Shown here piece after piece: positions 48,105 through 56,465 of a stretch of DNA of 64,000 nt. A program made the position numbers and the translations under genes. How positions within the stretch are numbered: position 1 is the stretch's first letter; each line of letters begins with the position of its first letter. The stretch is from Tannerella sp. (GTDB taxonomy: Bacteria > Bacteroidota > Bacteroidia > Bacteroidales > Tannerellaceae): the NCBI GenBank assembly GCA_031276175.1, contig JAISNP010000045.1, positions 6,262-70,261 on the forward strand, read 5' to 3'. The notes under the pieces are model-generated. The model saw only the letters and a program-made list of their open reading frames with translations, made no database searches and had not been told where the DNA came from.

Positions 48105-49910
48105 TCAATATTCCGAAAACGTCTGCACCAATATGTCACGATATGCGTTGAATATCTTCGACTGGGAAACAAAACCGATGTAATGTCCGTTTATATCGAC
48201 TACGGGCAGATTCCACGCTTTCGTGTCGTCGAATATCCGCATGATTTTCTCCATCGGCATGTCCGTGCGTATTTTTTCGGACGGAGACACCATGATTTTC
48301 GACACCTTGAAACGGTCGTACAGTTCGGGGCGGAAGATGATATTCCTGATATTGTCGAGCAGGACAAGCCCTATCAGCATGTTGTTCTTGTTCACGACGG
48401 GAAACATGTTGCGCGGCGAACGTGCGACGGCATCTCTTACTACTTCGCCCAGCGTCATTTCCGGACGGAGGACGATAAAGTCCGTTTCGATAACCTTGTC
48501 TATTTTCATCAGCGTGAGGACAGCCCTGTCCTTGTGATGCGTCAGCAGTTCGCCTTTTTTTGCCAGACGCATGGAATAGATACTGTGCGGCTCGAACATA
48601 ATTATCAGCGTATATGAGCTTATAGACACGAGCATCAGCGGGAGGAACAAATCGTATCCGCCCGTGAGTTCGGCTATCAGGAAGACGCCCGTCAACGGGG
48701 CATGCATCACGCCCGACATCACGCCGGCCATCCCGAGCAGGGCAAAGTTTTTTTCCGACAAGTGCATCGTCCAATCAAAATAGTTGGATACGTGCGAGAA
48801 GACAAATCCGGCAATACAGCCCAGATAGAGGCTGGGCGCGAATATTCCGCCGCATCCGCCTCCTCCGTTTGTCGCACTTGAGGCAAATACTTTGGTCAGC
48901 AATATCAATCCCAGAAAGACGACGATTCCCCAATAATTGTTGCCGAGTACATGAAACGGGCTGTTGCTTAGCATGAAGTCATATTTTTCGTCGAGCAGCG
49001 AGTCGATGGTATGGTATCCTTCGCCATAGAGTGCGGGGAAGAGAAATATCAGTATACTCAGCATTGCGGCGCCGAGCAGGAATTTTTGCCACTGGTGTTT
49101 CAATTTCGCGTAGATACCTTCTATCCAATTCATGGAACGGGTGAAGTAAAGCGAAATCAGTCCGCAGAAGACGCCCAGCAACAAGACGTAGGGTATGCGT
49201 CCCATCTCGAATACTTCGGTCTGCGAGAACTTGAACATGGCTTCCGTTCCCATGAAGATATACGACATGGTGGCGGCAGTCACCGACGAAATCAGCAGCG
49301 GCAGTACCGACGTCAGAGTCAGGTCAAGCATCAGCACTTCGATGACAAAGACAAGTCCTGCTATCGGCGCCTTGAAGATGCCGGCCACTGCGCCTGCCGC
49401 GCCGCAACCGACGAGCAGCATCAGCGTTTTCTGTTCCATCCTGAACAGTCGTCCGAGGTTCGAGCCGATGGCGGCGCCCGTCAGCACGATGGGAGCCTCC
49501 GCCCCGACCGATCCTCCGAACCCGATGGTCGTCGAACTGGCCACGAGAGACGACCAAATGTTGTGTCCCTTAATCCGGCTTTTACGTTGCGAGATGGCAT
49601 ACAGTATCTTTGTTACGCCGTGGCTGATGTCGTCGCGGACAATATAGCGGACAAACAGCCCGGAGAGCAGGATACCCGCTACGGGATAGGCAAGCAGCAG
49701 GTAGTTGACTCCTTCGGCCGAATTGACCTTCAAAAGATTTTGTATGGAATGAATCAGATATTTCAGGAGTATGGCGGCTGCAGCCGTCCCTATGCCGATA
49801 AGAAAACTGATTATCAGTACGAATGTTTTCTCTTTGACGTGTTTCTCGCGCCAGAGCAGACATCGGTAGAACAGCCGCTTGTTTTCGGTCTCATTTGACG
49901 TATTCATCAT
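48105..49910 (-). CDS. ClC-family chloride channel/antiporter with C-terminal CBS pair
   Basis: 601 aa from MMNTSNE with the motifs GSVGAEAP and GIFAPS and a CBS-domain C-terminus. Its start overlaps the upstream stop (ATGA). Confidence 0.88.
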   Translation of the reverse strand: MMNTSNETENKRLFYRCLLWREKHVKEKTFVLIISFLIGIGTAAAAILLKYLIHSIQNLLKVNSAEGVNYLLLAYPVAGILLSGLFVRYIVRDDISHGVTKILYAISQRKSRIKGHNIWSSLVASSTTIGFGGSVGAEAPIVLTGAAIGSNLGRLFRMEQKTLMLLVGCGAAGAVAGIFKAPIAGLVFVIEVLMLDLTLTSVLPLLISSVTAATMSYIFMGTEAMFKFSQTEVFEMGRIPYVLLLGVFCGLISLYFTRSMNWIEGIYAKLKHQWQKFLLGAAMLSILIFLFPALYGEGYHTIDSLLDEKYDFMLSNSPFHVLGNNYWGIVVFLGLILLTKVFASSATNGGGGCGGIFAPSLYLGCIAGFVFSHVSNYFDWTMHLSEKNFALLGMAGVMSGVMHAPLTGVFLIAELTGGYDLFLPLMLVSISSYTLIIMFEPHSIYSMRLAKKGELLTHHKDRAVLTLMKIDKVIETDFIVLRPEMTLGEVVRDAVARSPRNMFPVVNKNNMLIGLVLLDNIRNIIFRPELYDRFKVSKIMVSPSEKIRTDMPMEKIMRIFDDTKAWNLPVVDINGHYIGFVSQSKIFNAYRDILVQTFSEY

Positions 49911-51310
49911 ACTCCTTTTCCTGTAAATACTATTTTTATCGTATAAATCAATATGGTAATATCCAGCGTCAGCGACATGTTCTTGTAGTACATCATATCG
50001 TATTGAAGGCGTTCGATCATTTTGTCGATTGTGTCGGCATATCCGTATTTCACCATTCCCCACGAGGTGATACCCGGTCGCACATTGTGCAGCAAATAGT
50101 AGTAAGGCGCTTTCCTGACGATTTGATCAATGTAGTACCGCTGTTCGGGGCGAGGGCCTACAAGGCTCATGTCGCCTTTGAGGATATTCCAGAACTGCGG
50201 GATTTCGTCCAGACGATATTTGCGCAGGAAACGCCCGAACGGCGTCACGCGCGGATCGTTTTTCTCCGTCAACAAAGCCCCCCGGCCTGTGGCGTCGGCA
50301 TACATGCTGCGGAACTTGTAGATGGTAAACGGCCGCCCCATATAGCCGATACGCTCCTGTTTAAAGAAGACCGGCCCTTTCGAGCTTCGCTTCACGCCGA
50401 CGGCAATACAGGCATACAGCGGCGAAAGAAGTATCAGCACGAGCGCCGAAACAATTTTGTCGAGCGCGTACTTGATGTTTTTGCCCGCTTCGGAAAAGTT
50501 GTTGGCCGTGACTTCTATCAGGGGAATGTCGTGAATGGTCTTCACGTCGGCCATGTAGAACGGATTGTCTTTCTCCGCCCATATCTTGATAGGACGCTTG
50601 TAATGGTAGAGCGAGTAGAGCAGGCGGATATTTTTGCCGTCGTGCACTTTTTCGGGTGCGATTATCAGTTCGTCGACGGGCATTGTTTCCATCAGTAGCG
50701 GAAGGTCGTCCACACATCCTACGATTTCGTCCGTACCGACGACCTCCGAATCCGTACGGCCGTCTTCTTTCACAAAGCCGATGATACGATAACCTACCCT
50801 GGGCAGTTCGCGCCTGATTTTTGCAGCCTGACCGCCGACGCCGATTATAAGTACGTTGACCGCCCATTCGCAACGCGCTATCTTGCGGGCGGCGTGCCCG
50901 GTCGTCAGGCTCCGGCAGACGTATGTAAGCACAAACTGTATGCCGCCGTATGAAAAGTAGATGGTGTAATAAATACCGAACGATTCGGGCAGGTCGTTTA
51001 ATATCACCGTAAAAAAGATGAACGTGGCGCCGATAACCACCGTCACGAAAGTGTTGAAAAATTCGTCGATGCGCAACTTCCCGAACAGGCGGTTGTAGTA
51101 TCCGGAGAAATAATACAGGATCAGCCAGTACAGCGGTATCAGGACTTGCCCGACGACTACCTGATGCGACAGGATATACTCCCCGACGGAATCGAAACCT
51201 TCGTATTGCGCCACTTCGGAATAGCGTATAAGATTGAGCAGAAACCATGCAACCGTTGCGGTCAGAAAGTCGGCAGCGAGGTATTTTATTGTCTGCCTGC
51301 GCTTGTTCAT
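49907..51310 (-). CDS. Polyprenyl-phosphate glycosyl-1-phosphate transferase (WbaP/bacterial sugar transferase family)
   Basis: 467 aa with N-terminal TM helices and the C-terminal motif KFRSM...DPRVTPFGRFLRKYRLDEIPQFWNILKGDMSLVGPRP. Confidence 0.88.
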   Translation of the reverse strand: MNKRRQTIKYLAADFLTATVAWFLLNLIRYSEVAQYEGFDSVGEYILSHQVVVGQVLIPLYWLILYYFSGYYNRLFGKLRIDEFFNTFVTVVIGATFIFFTVILNDLPESFGIYYTIYFSYGGIQFVLTYVCRSLTTGHAARKIARCEWAVNVLIIGVGGQAAKIRRELPRVGYRIIGFVKEDGRTDSEVVGTDEIVGCVDDLPLLMETMPVDELIIAPEKVHDGKNIRLLYSLYHYKRPIKIWAEKDNPFYMADVKTIHDIPLIEVTANNFSEAGKNIKYALDKIVSALVLILLSPLYACIAVGVKRSSKGPVFFKQERIGYMGRPFTIYKFRSMYADATGRGALLTEKNDPRVTPFGRFLRKYRLDEIPQFWNILKGDMSLVGPRPEQRYYIDQIVRKAPYYYLLHNVRPGITSWGMVKYGYADTIDKMIERLQYDMMYYKNMSLTLDITILIYTIKIVFTGKGV

Positions 51311-51351
51311 TTATTTCATTTATTATTCTTTTTGCAGAACATTTCCGGCTG

Positions 51352-51359
51352 CAAAAGTA
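51352..51359 (-). promoter_or_regulatory. -7 promoter box (TACTTTTG on minus strand)
   Basis: Matches TAnnTTTG about 42 nt upstream of the ATG at 51310. Confidence 0.5.
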
Positions 51360-51414
51360 CGAATCATAACAATGCAGAAGTAAAAAAACGGAAATATTTT
51401 GATTCGGGCTACCG

Positions 51415-51422
51415 TATTTTTG
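51415..51422 (+). promoter_or_regulatory. -7 promoter box TATTTTTG for the tsa operon
   Basis: Matches TAnnTTTG 52 nt before the ATG at 51474. Confidence 0.5.
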
Positions 51423-51473
51423 CGATATTTGCACCCTGTTTCCCGGATTATAATATAATATATACATAAACGT

Positions 51474-51944
51474 ATGGCGAACGGATTTCAGTTAATATCA
51501 ACGCACGAAGAGTGCACAAAAAATACAGCAAGGACGATAGCATCCTTTTTCCGTCCCGGAGACGTCGTCGTACTCGACGGCGATTTGGGCGCCGGCAAGA
51601 CGCATTTCGTAAAAGGTTTTGCCGAAGGCCTCCATTCGACCGATACCGTCACCAGCCCGACTTTCGCCATTGCCAATTTTTACAGGACAGACGCTTTCAG
51701 TCTGTTGCATATCGACCTGTACCGGATAGAGACGATCGACGAGTTTAACGATTTGGGACTGTCCGACTATTTCGACAGCGCGATCGTGCTAATCGAATGG
51801 GGATTGAAGTTCCCGGAATATCCGGACGAATACCTGCTCGTATCGTTTGAACTGAAAGACGGCGGAGACAGGCTGATTTCCTTCGGCGCAAAGGGAGGGA
51901 AGTATGATTTGATATTAGAAAGGATGAGGAACGAATTATGCTGA
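51474..51944 (+). CDS. tsaE: tRNA t6A37 biosynthesis ATPase TsaE
   Basis: 156 aa with the Walker A motif GDLGAGKT and the SPTFAI motif. Confidence 0.85.
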   Translation: MANGFQLISTHEECTKNTARTIASFFRPGDVVVLDGDLGAGKTHFVKGFAEGLHSTDTVTSPTFAIANFYRTDAFSLLHIDLYRIETIDEFNDLGLSDYFDSAIVLIEWGLKFPEYPDEYLLVSFELKDGGDRLISFGAKGGKYDLILERMRNELC

Positions 51945-52579
51945 TACTTGGTATTTCCACATCGGCGGGACAGTTTGCGCTGATACTCGGCGAAAACGGT
52001 CGTGCGGTATTCAACTCCGCCGACTCCGAACCGGACGGCGAACTGTACGCCCTGCTGCGAAAAGGACTGGACGTTTGCGGGAAAAACATCGACGCCGTCT
52101 CGCATATCATCGTAGATACGGGGCCGGGAGGCACAAGCCGCGTAAGGACGGGCGTCGCATTTGCCGACAGCCTGTCATACGCCCTGCGCGTACCCGTCTG
52201 TCCGGTATCGTCCATGGAACTGTCCGGAATAGATGCCTTCGCCCGGTATGCCGTGCCGGTAATCAACTCCGTCAAATCCATTAAGGGAAACGCCTACGTC
52301 GGGTTTTATGACGGACGATGCGAAAACGGCGTGAAGACGGAGTACGGCAGGATAGAAGAAATCGTGCCCCGGTTGACGAAAGACGTCGACAAATTTACGG
52401 TAGTCGGCGCCCACCGCAGCCTGATTGCGCAACTGCCGGAGCTGAAGGGCAAAACCGTCGTCGACAGCGGTATGCCGTTCGGCAACGCCCGTATCCTGAT
52501 AGAGAAAAGCGCACTGTTCCTCGGACGGGGACTGCTCTTTCCCGAATTTGCCGTGCCGGTTACGGAACAGACGGTGTAG
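51938..52579 (+). CDS. tsaB: tRNA t6A37 biosynthesis protein TsaB
   Basis: 213 aa with an ASKHA-fold N-terminus (ILGISTS...GPGGTSRVRTG). Overlaps tsaE by 7 bp. Confidence 0.8.
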   Translation: MLILGISTSAGQFALILGENGRAVFNSADSEPDGELYALLRKGLDVCGKNIDAVSHIIVDTGPGGTSRVRTGVAFADSLSYALRVPVCPVSSMELSGIDAFARYAVPVINSVKSIKGNAYVGFYDGRCENGVKTEYGRIEEIVPRLTKDVDKFTVVGAHRSLIAQLPELKGKTVVDSGMPFGNARILIEKSALFLGRGLLFPEFAVPVTEQTV

Positions 52580-52616
52580 TTTTTTTTGACGATAACCCGT
52601 AAATGAAAAAGAAAAA

Positions 52617-53219
52617 ATGATCGACAGGATAAATCAAACGATACGTGTATTACACAGCGGCGGCGCAGTGCTCATTGCCACCGATACGGTTTACGGTCTG
52701 GCCGCTTTGCCGGACGACGAGGCTGCCGTTGCAAAGATTTACGCACTGAAAGCACGCCCCAAGCACATGTTCCTGCCCGTCATGGTGGCAGGCATCGACG
52801 ATCTGGAAGCGCTGGGATTGGACGTAAATGCAAATGCGCGCAAACTGCTTGCTTCGCATCTGGCGCCGGGCGCCCTCACTTTTGTACTGGGATTCAGGGA
52901 CGGGGCAACGAAACCGCACTGGGCGAAGACAAGGGAGGAAATCGCCGTACGCATCCCCGACAATGCCCTGCTGCTCTCCGTCCTCAGGGCGACGGGGCCT
53001 CTGCTGGTCACAAGCGCCAACCGCCACGGTCGACAGGCCACTCCCGCCCGCGTGGAAGTCATTGTGAAGGAACTGTGCGGCGCGCCCGACCTGATTGTCG
53101 AAGACGGCGAGGGCAGGGAAATCCCTTCCACAATCGTCAACTGCCGCTGCAATCCGCCGGTAACGGAACGGATCGGAACCGTTTCCGACGAAACAATCCG
53201 TAATATTCTTGCACAATGA
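52617..53219 (+). CDS. tsaC: L-threonylcarbamoyladenylate synthase (YrdC-only TsaC type)
   Basis: 200 aa with the motifs TDTVYGL, KARP and TSANRHG. Confidence 0.85.
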   Translation: MIDRINQTIRVLHSGGAVLIATDTVYGLAALPDDEAAVAKIYALKARPKHMFLPVMVAGIDDLEALGLDVNANARKLLASHLAPGALTFVLGFRDGATKPHWAKTREEIAVRIPDNALLLSVLRATGPLLVTSANRHGRQATPARVEVIVKELCGAPDLIVEDGEGREIPSTIVNCRCNPPVTERIGTVSDETIRNILAQ

Positions 53220-54208
53220 ACGACGTAGTACTTGGAATAGAAACTTCGTGCGACGATACCGCCGCAGCCCTGGTCGACTCGCGCGGCAATATCCTCTCCT
53301 CCGTCGTAGCCTCGCAACTCGACGTGCACGCCGCGTTCGGCGGCATTTATCCCGAATTTGCGGCGCGCGCACATATCTCGGCCATACTTCCCACCGTGCA
53401 CGAGACCTTCAGGGCGGCAGGCCTCGCGCCCGCCGACATAAGGGCGATAGGCGTCACCCGCGGACCGGGACTCGTCGGCTCCCTGCTCGTCGGACTGAAC
53501 GCCGCGGCAGGGCTGGGGATAGGATGGAACAAGCCCGTGATAGGCATCAATCACCTGCGCGGACATCTTCGCAGCGCCGATCTCGAACAGGAAAGGGTGA
53601 AATACCCCGCAACCGTACTGCTCGTTTCGGGAGGACATACTTTGCTTGCACATATGAAAAGCGTGACGGAAATAGAACTGCTCGGCGGCACCTCCGACGA
53701 CTCGGTGGGCGAATGTTACGACAAGGTAGGCCGGATGCTGGGACTGGGCTATCCCGGAGGGCCGGTTGTCGACAGGCTTGCGATGAAAGGCGCCGCCTCC
53801 ATCCCCTTTCCGCGCCCGGTGATACACAAAGGGCTGCAATTCTCGTTCTCCGGCCTGAAATCGGCAGTAGCTCGCTATATGGATTCCGCCGACAATACGC
53901 CGCACGAAGACATTGCCGCCTCGTTCGTCCGGGCGGTTATGGATGTGCTGATCCGCAAATCCCGGCTGGCGCTCAAGCAATACCCTTCACGCTCCTTCGT
54001 CATCGTCGGCGGAGTAGCCGCCAGCCCACAACTGCGCGAAGAAGCAGCCACGCTGTGCCGGAAACTCAATATCGAACTCTGCCTCCCCCCACTGCGCTGG
54101 TCGACCGACAACGCCGCCATGGTAGCGCTTGCCGCGTTCGACTACCTGAATCTCTCCGTCCTCAAACCTCCCGTAGCAGACTTGCAACTTGCGATGAACG
54201 ACTTCTGA
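53216..54208 (+). CDS. tsaD: tRNA N6-adenosine threonylcarbamoyltransferase
   Basis: 330 aa with the motifs GIETSCDDTA, NHLRGH and VSGGH. Overlaps tsaC by 4 bp. Confidence 0.93.
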   Translation: MNDVVLGIETSCDDTAAALVDSRGNILSSVVASQLDVHAAFGGIYPEFAARAHISAILPTVHETFRAAGLAPADIRAIGVTRGPGLVGSLLVGLNAAAGLGIGWNKPVIGINHLRGHLRSADLEQERVKYPATVLLVSGGHTLLAHMKSVTEIELLGGTSDDSVGECYDKVGRMLGLGYPGGPVVDRLAMKGAASIPFPRPVIHKGLQFSFSGLKSAVARYMDSADNTPHEDIAASFVRAVMDVLIRKSRLALKQYPSRSFVIVGGVAASPQLREEAATLCRKLNIELCLPPLRWSTDNAAMVALAAFDYLNLSVLKPPVADLQLAMNDF

Positions 54209-54228
54209 CGTCGCTTACGCACAGATTT

Positions 54229-54322
54229 TATTTCAACACGAAGGCACGGAGCACACAAAGGATTAATACTCATCCGCTTCGGCGGATTTTCCTTTGTGCA
54301 CACCGTGCCTCTGTATTGAAAC
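54229..54322. repeat. REP-like long hairpin (CACGGAG-arm family) with inner ATCCGC-TTCG-GCGGAT stem-loop; probable bidirectional terminator
   Basis: Arms TTTCAACACGAAGGCACGGAGCACACAAAGGA and TCCTTTGTGCACACCGTGCCTCTGTATTGAAA, between the convergent tsaD and the gene ending at 54332. Confidence 0.8.
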
Positions 54323-54331
54323 GAAAAGAAA

Positions 54332-54988
54332 CTATCCGATGATTTCCGTGATTTCGTCGCTCCACGGCCCCGGCTCGAGGCGCGGATTCACCCACGCGGC
54401 GGAGATGTAGACGTGCTTGCCTTCGTCGGCATGGTCGAAAAAGATCGTATGATGCAGCCGGGTCGATACCGCCGTGCGGTAGTTCGCCTCGCCTTCCAAC
54501 TTGTAGCGAATCATAAAGCCGTGGTAGTGCTTCGGCCCCGTGCTCTCTACAGGATGACCCTGTTCGGGACGGGAAGCATAGAGCGTCATCTCGTCGTGCA
54601 GTTTCCGTATCAGCAGCACCAGCATCTCCTTCGGCGGAGGCAGGGGTTGCGACGCATGATGCTGCCGCGGACGCAGGTCCATGAATGCAAGCGCCTCGTC
54701 GGGCACATTAGTATTCACTTCGAGGTAGTCAATAAATATCCCCAGGAAGTGTTTCAATTCGCCGAACGCGGCCTTTTTGGCGGCCGAAGTCATGGCGTTT
54801 CTCGTGGCCTTGTCGCTGTTGACCTCGTAGGCGTGATTGGCGTTCTTCAGCAACGAGTCGAACTCAGTGAGTCGGTCGGGGTCTATAGCCCAGCCGGCTT
54901 TGTTCAGGTTGCACTGCGTGTTGATTGTGTTTGCCTGCGCCAGAAATTCGGCGTCGGGCTTTTCGAGGGTTCCGGATCTTCTTGTCAT
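54332..54988 (-). CDS. Hypothetical protein
   Basis: 218-aa ORF with native-looking codon usage. I recognise no family and see no signal peptide. Confidence 0.55.
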   Translation of the reverse strand: MTRRSGTLEKPDAEFLAQANTINTQCNLNKAGWAIDPDRLTEFDSLLKNANHAYEVNSDKATRNAMTSAAKKAAFGELKHFLGIFIDYLEVNTNVPDEALAFMDLRPRQHHASQPLPPPKEMLVLLIRKLHDEMTLYASRPEQGHPVESTGPKHYHGFMIRYKLEGEANYRTAVSTRLHHTIFFDHADEGKHVYISAAWVNPRLEPGPWSDEITEIIG

Positions 54989-55038
54989 AATTCTGTTATT
55001 GGTTAAATCGTTAATAATTAGTTATATTGTTATTGAAT

Positions 55039-55290
55039 AGAGGAGTTTTTACGTTCAAATCGTGCGCACGTTTACGTCAATCGTGCGCACTTTTAAGCCA
55101 TTCGTGCGCACGTTTAAGCCGATCGTGCGCACTTTTACGCCGATCGTGCGCACTTTTAAGCCAATCGTGCGCACTTTTACGCCAATCGTGCGCACTTTTG
55201 CGCCGATCATCCGCACGTTTTCGACAACCGTGCGCACTTTTACGTCGACCGTGCACGGGTTTTCGACAATAACGCACGCCTTTTCGTCGC
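55039..55290. repeat. Tandem array E: about 12 units of exactly 21 bp (TCGTGCGCACTTTTAMGCCRA)
   Basis: Unit starts at 55060, 55081, 55102, 55123, 55144, 55165, 55186, 55207, 55228, 55249 and 55270. Most units contain the 8-bp palindrome GTGCGCAC. Confidence 0.95.
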
Positions 55291-55383
55291 TGCTGCGTTT
55301 TTTGTCGGAAAGTGTGCCGGCGTAAACCGCGGGAAAGTGATTGTAATGATTATTCATGAGTCATTATTTATTCAAATCGGCGG

Positions 55384-55391
55384 CAAATATA
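55384..55391 (-). promoter_or_regulatory. -7 promoter box (TATATTTG on minus strand), nearest consensus box upstream of the 54988 gene
   Basis: Matches TAnnTTTG. I found no other match between it and the start codon, so array E would be transcribed as a leader of about 390 nt. Confidence 0.4.
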
Positions 55392-55491
55392 ATTATTTTT
55401 TCGATACAAAACTTTTTTGCGGATAATTTTTTGCAATTTTTTTTCCGATACGCCGCTGGGACGGGATGCCGTCCCGTCCCGAACGGCCTGT

Positions 55492-56109
55492 TCAGAAGGG
55501 GATAAACAGTTGCAGTTGCCATCTCCGGATTTTACCGCTTTCGAAATATTGCGTATCCGTCACGTCGCAAAGTCCGTATTTATAATTGAACGAGAGGTCG
55601 ATGTATTTAAAATCATATCCGATTCGCGCCGTCAGAGGCACGTCGAACGCCGAAAAGCTGCCTTTCGATTCCGACTTTGAAACCAGATACAGCGTCGGCT
55701 CCACGCCAAGCCCGGCATACCAGCCGTCGTATACTTTGCGGTTGAGCGTCGGGTTGACGGCTATCCGGAAATAGCTGTCGGTAATATTTTTCCAGGGGAG
55801 GGACAAATAGTCGTTCGGCTGCGTTTCGCCCGAATTTTCACCGATATGGAAATATTTCCACTGCCCATATCCCAACTGCACATCAAGGTCTGCAAAAAAC
55901 GGTTTCCCGACAGGCTCCAGCCGGAGCTTATACCCGATCGCCGCATCAAATTTACGCTCATAACTAAACTTGAGACTTTCCTGCAAGGAAATATCGTAAA
56001 ATTTATTTTCTCCGCCGGATACGATCAAACCCGATTTAAGCCGAACCTGCGCAGAGGCGCCGAATGCGGACAATAGCATAATACACACAAGTAAAACATT
56101 TCTTTTCAT
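55492..56109 (-). CDS. Outer-membrane beta-barrel protein (porin-family/OprF-N-like small barrel)
   Basis: 205 aa with a signal peptide (..SAFGASAQ), alternating beta-strand pattern and a C-terminal aromatic ending ..LQLFIPF. Confidence 0.65.
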   Translation of the reverse strand: MKRNVLLVCIMLLSAFGASAQVRLKSGLIVSGGENKFYDISLQESLKFSYERKFDAAIGYKLRLEPVGKPFFADLDVQLGYGQWKYFHIGENSGETQPNDYLSLPWKNITDSYFRIAVNPTLNRKVYDGWYAGLGVEPTLYLVSKSESKGSFSAFDVPLTARIGYDFKYIDLSFNYKYGLCDVTDTQYFESGKIRRWQLQLFIPF

Positions 56110-56334
56110 AAGATAAAAATTTAGTAATTAAAGTGCAAAGGAAAGCCGATAATTTGATTTCCACAAATTATATCGCTTAAACTGTAAAATTTAAAAGTAA
56201 AAAAAACATATTTCACTTACCCGAAAAGCCTTTTTGCCGTATACGGCACACACGGTATAGAATTCCGCAGGAACAGGGATGGAATCTCGTCCCGACGACA
56301 CAGATACGCCTGTCCCGTATTTTTCACAGAATTG

Positions 56335-56365
56335 TTTGGCAATTGTGAAAGAATATCTAACTTTG
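56335..56365 (+). promoter_or_regulatory. ilv operon promoter: -33 TTTG (56335-56338) and -7 TAACTTTG (56358-56365), 19-bp spacer
   Basis: Both elements of the Bacteroides consensus are present at canonical spacing. They overlap the palindrome at 56322-56350. Confidence 0.55.
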
Positions 56366-56465
56366 CCGCCTCAATCCGAAAACAATTGATACCTTTCTTA
56401 TTGTCGAAAATGAGGAAGGGTTTTTATTGAAACGGAAACTTACAAACGAACAAAACATACACCAC

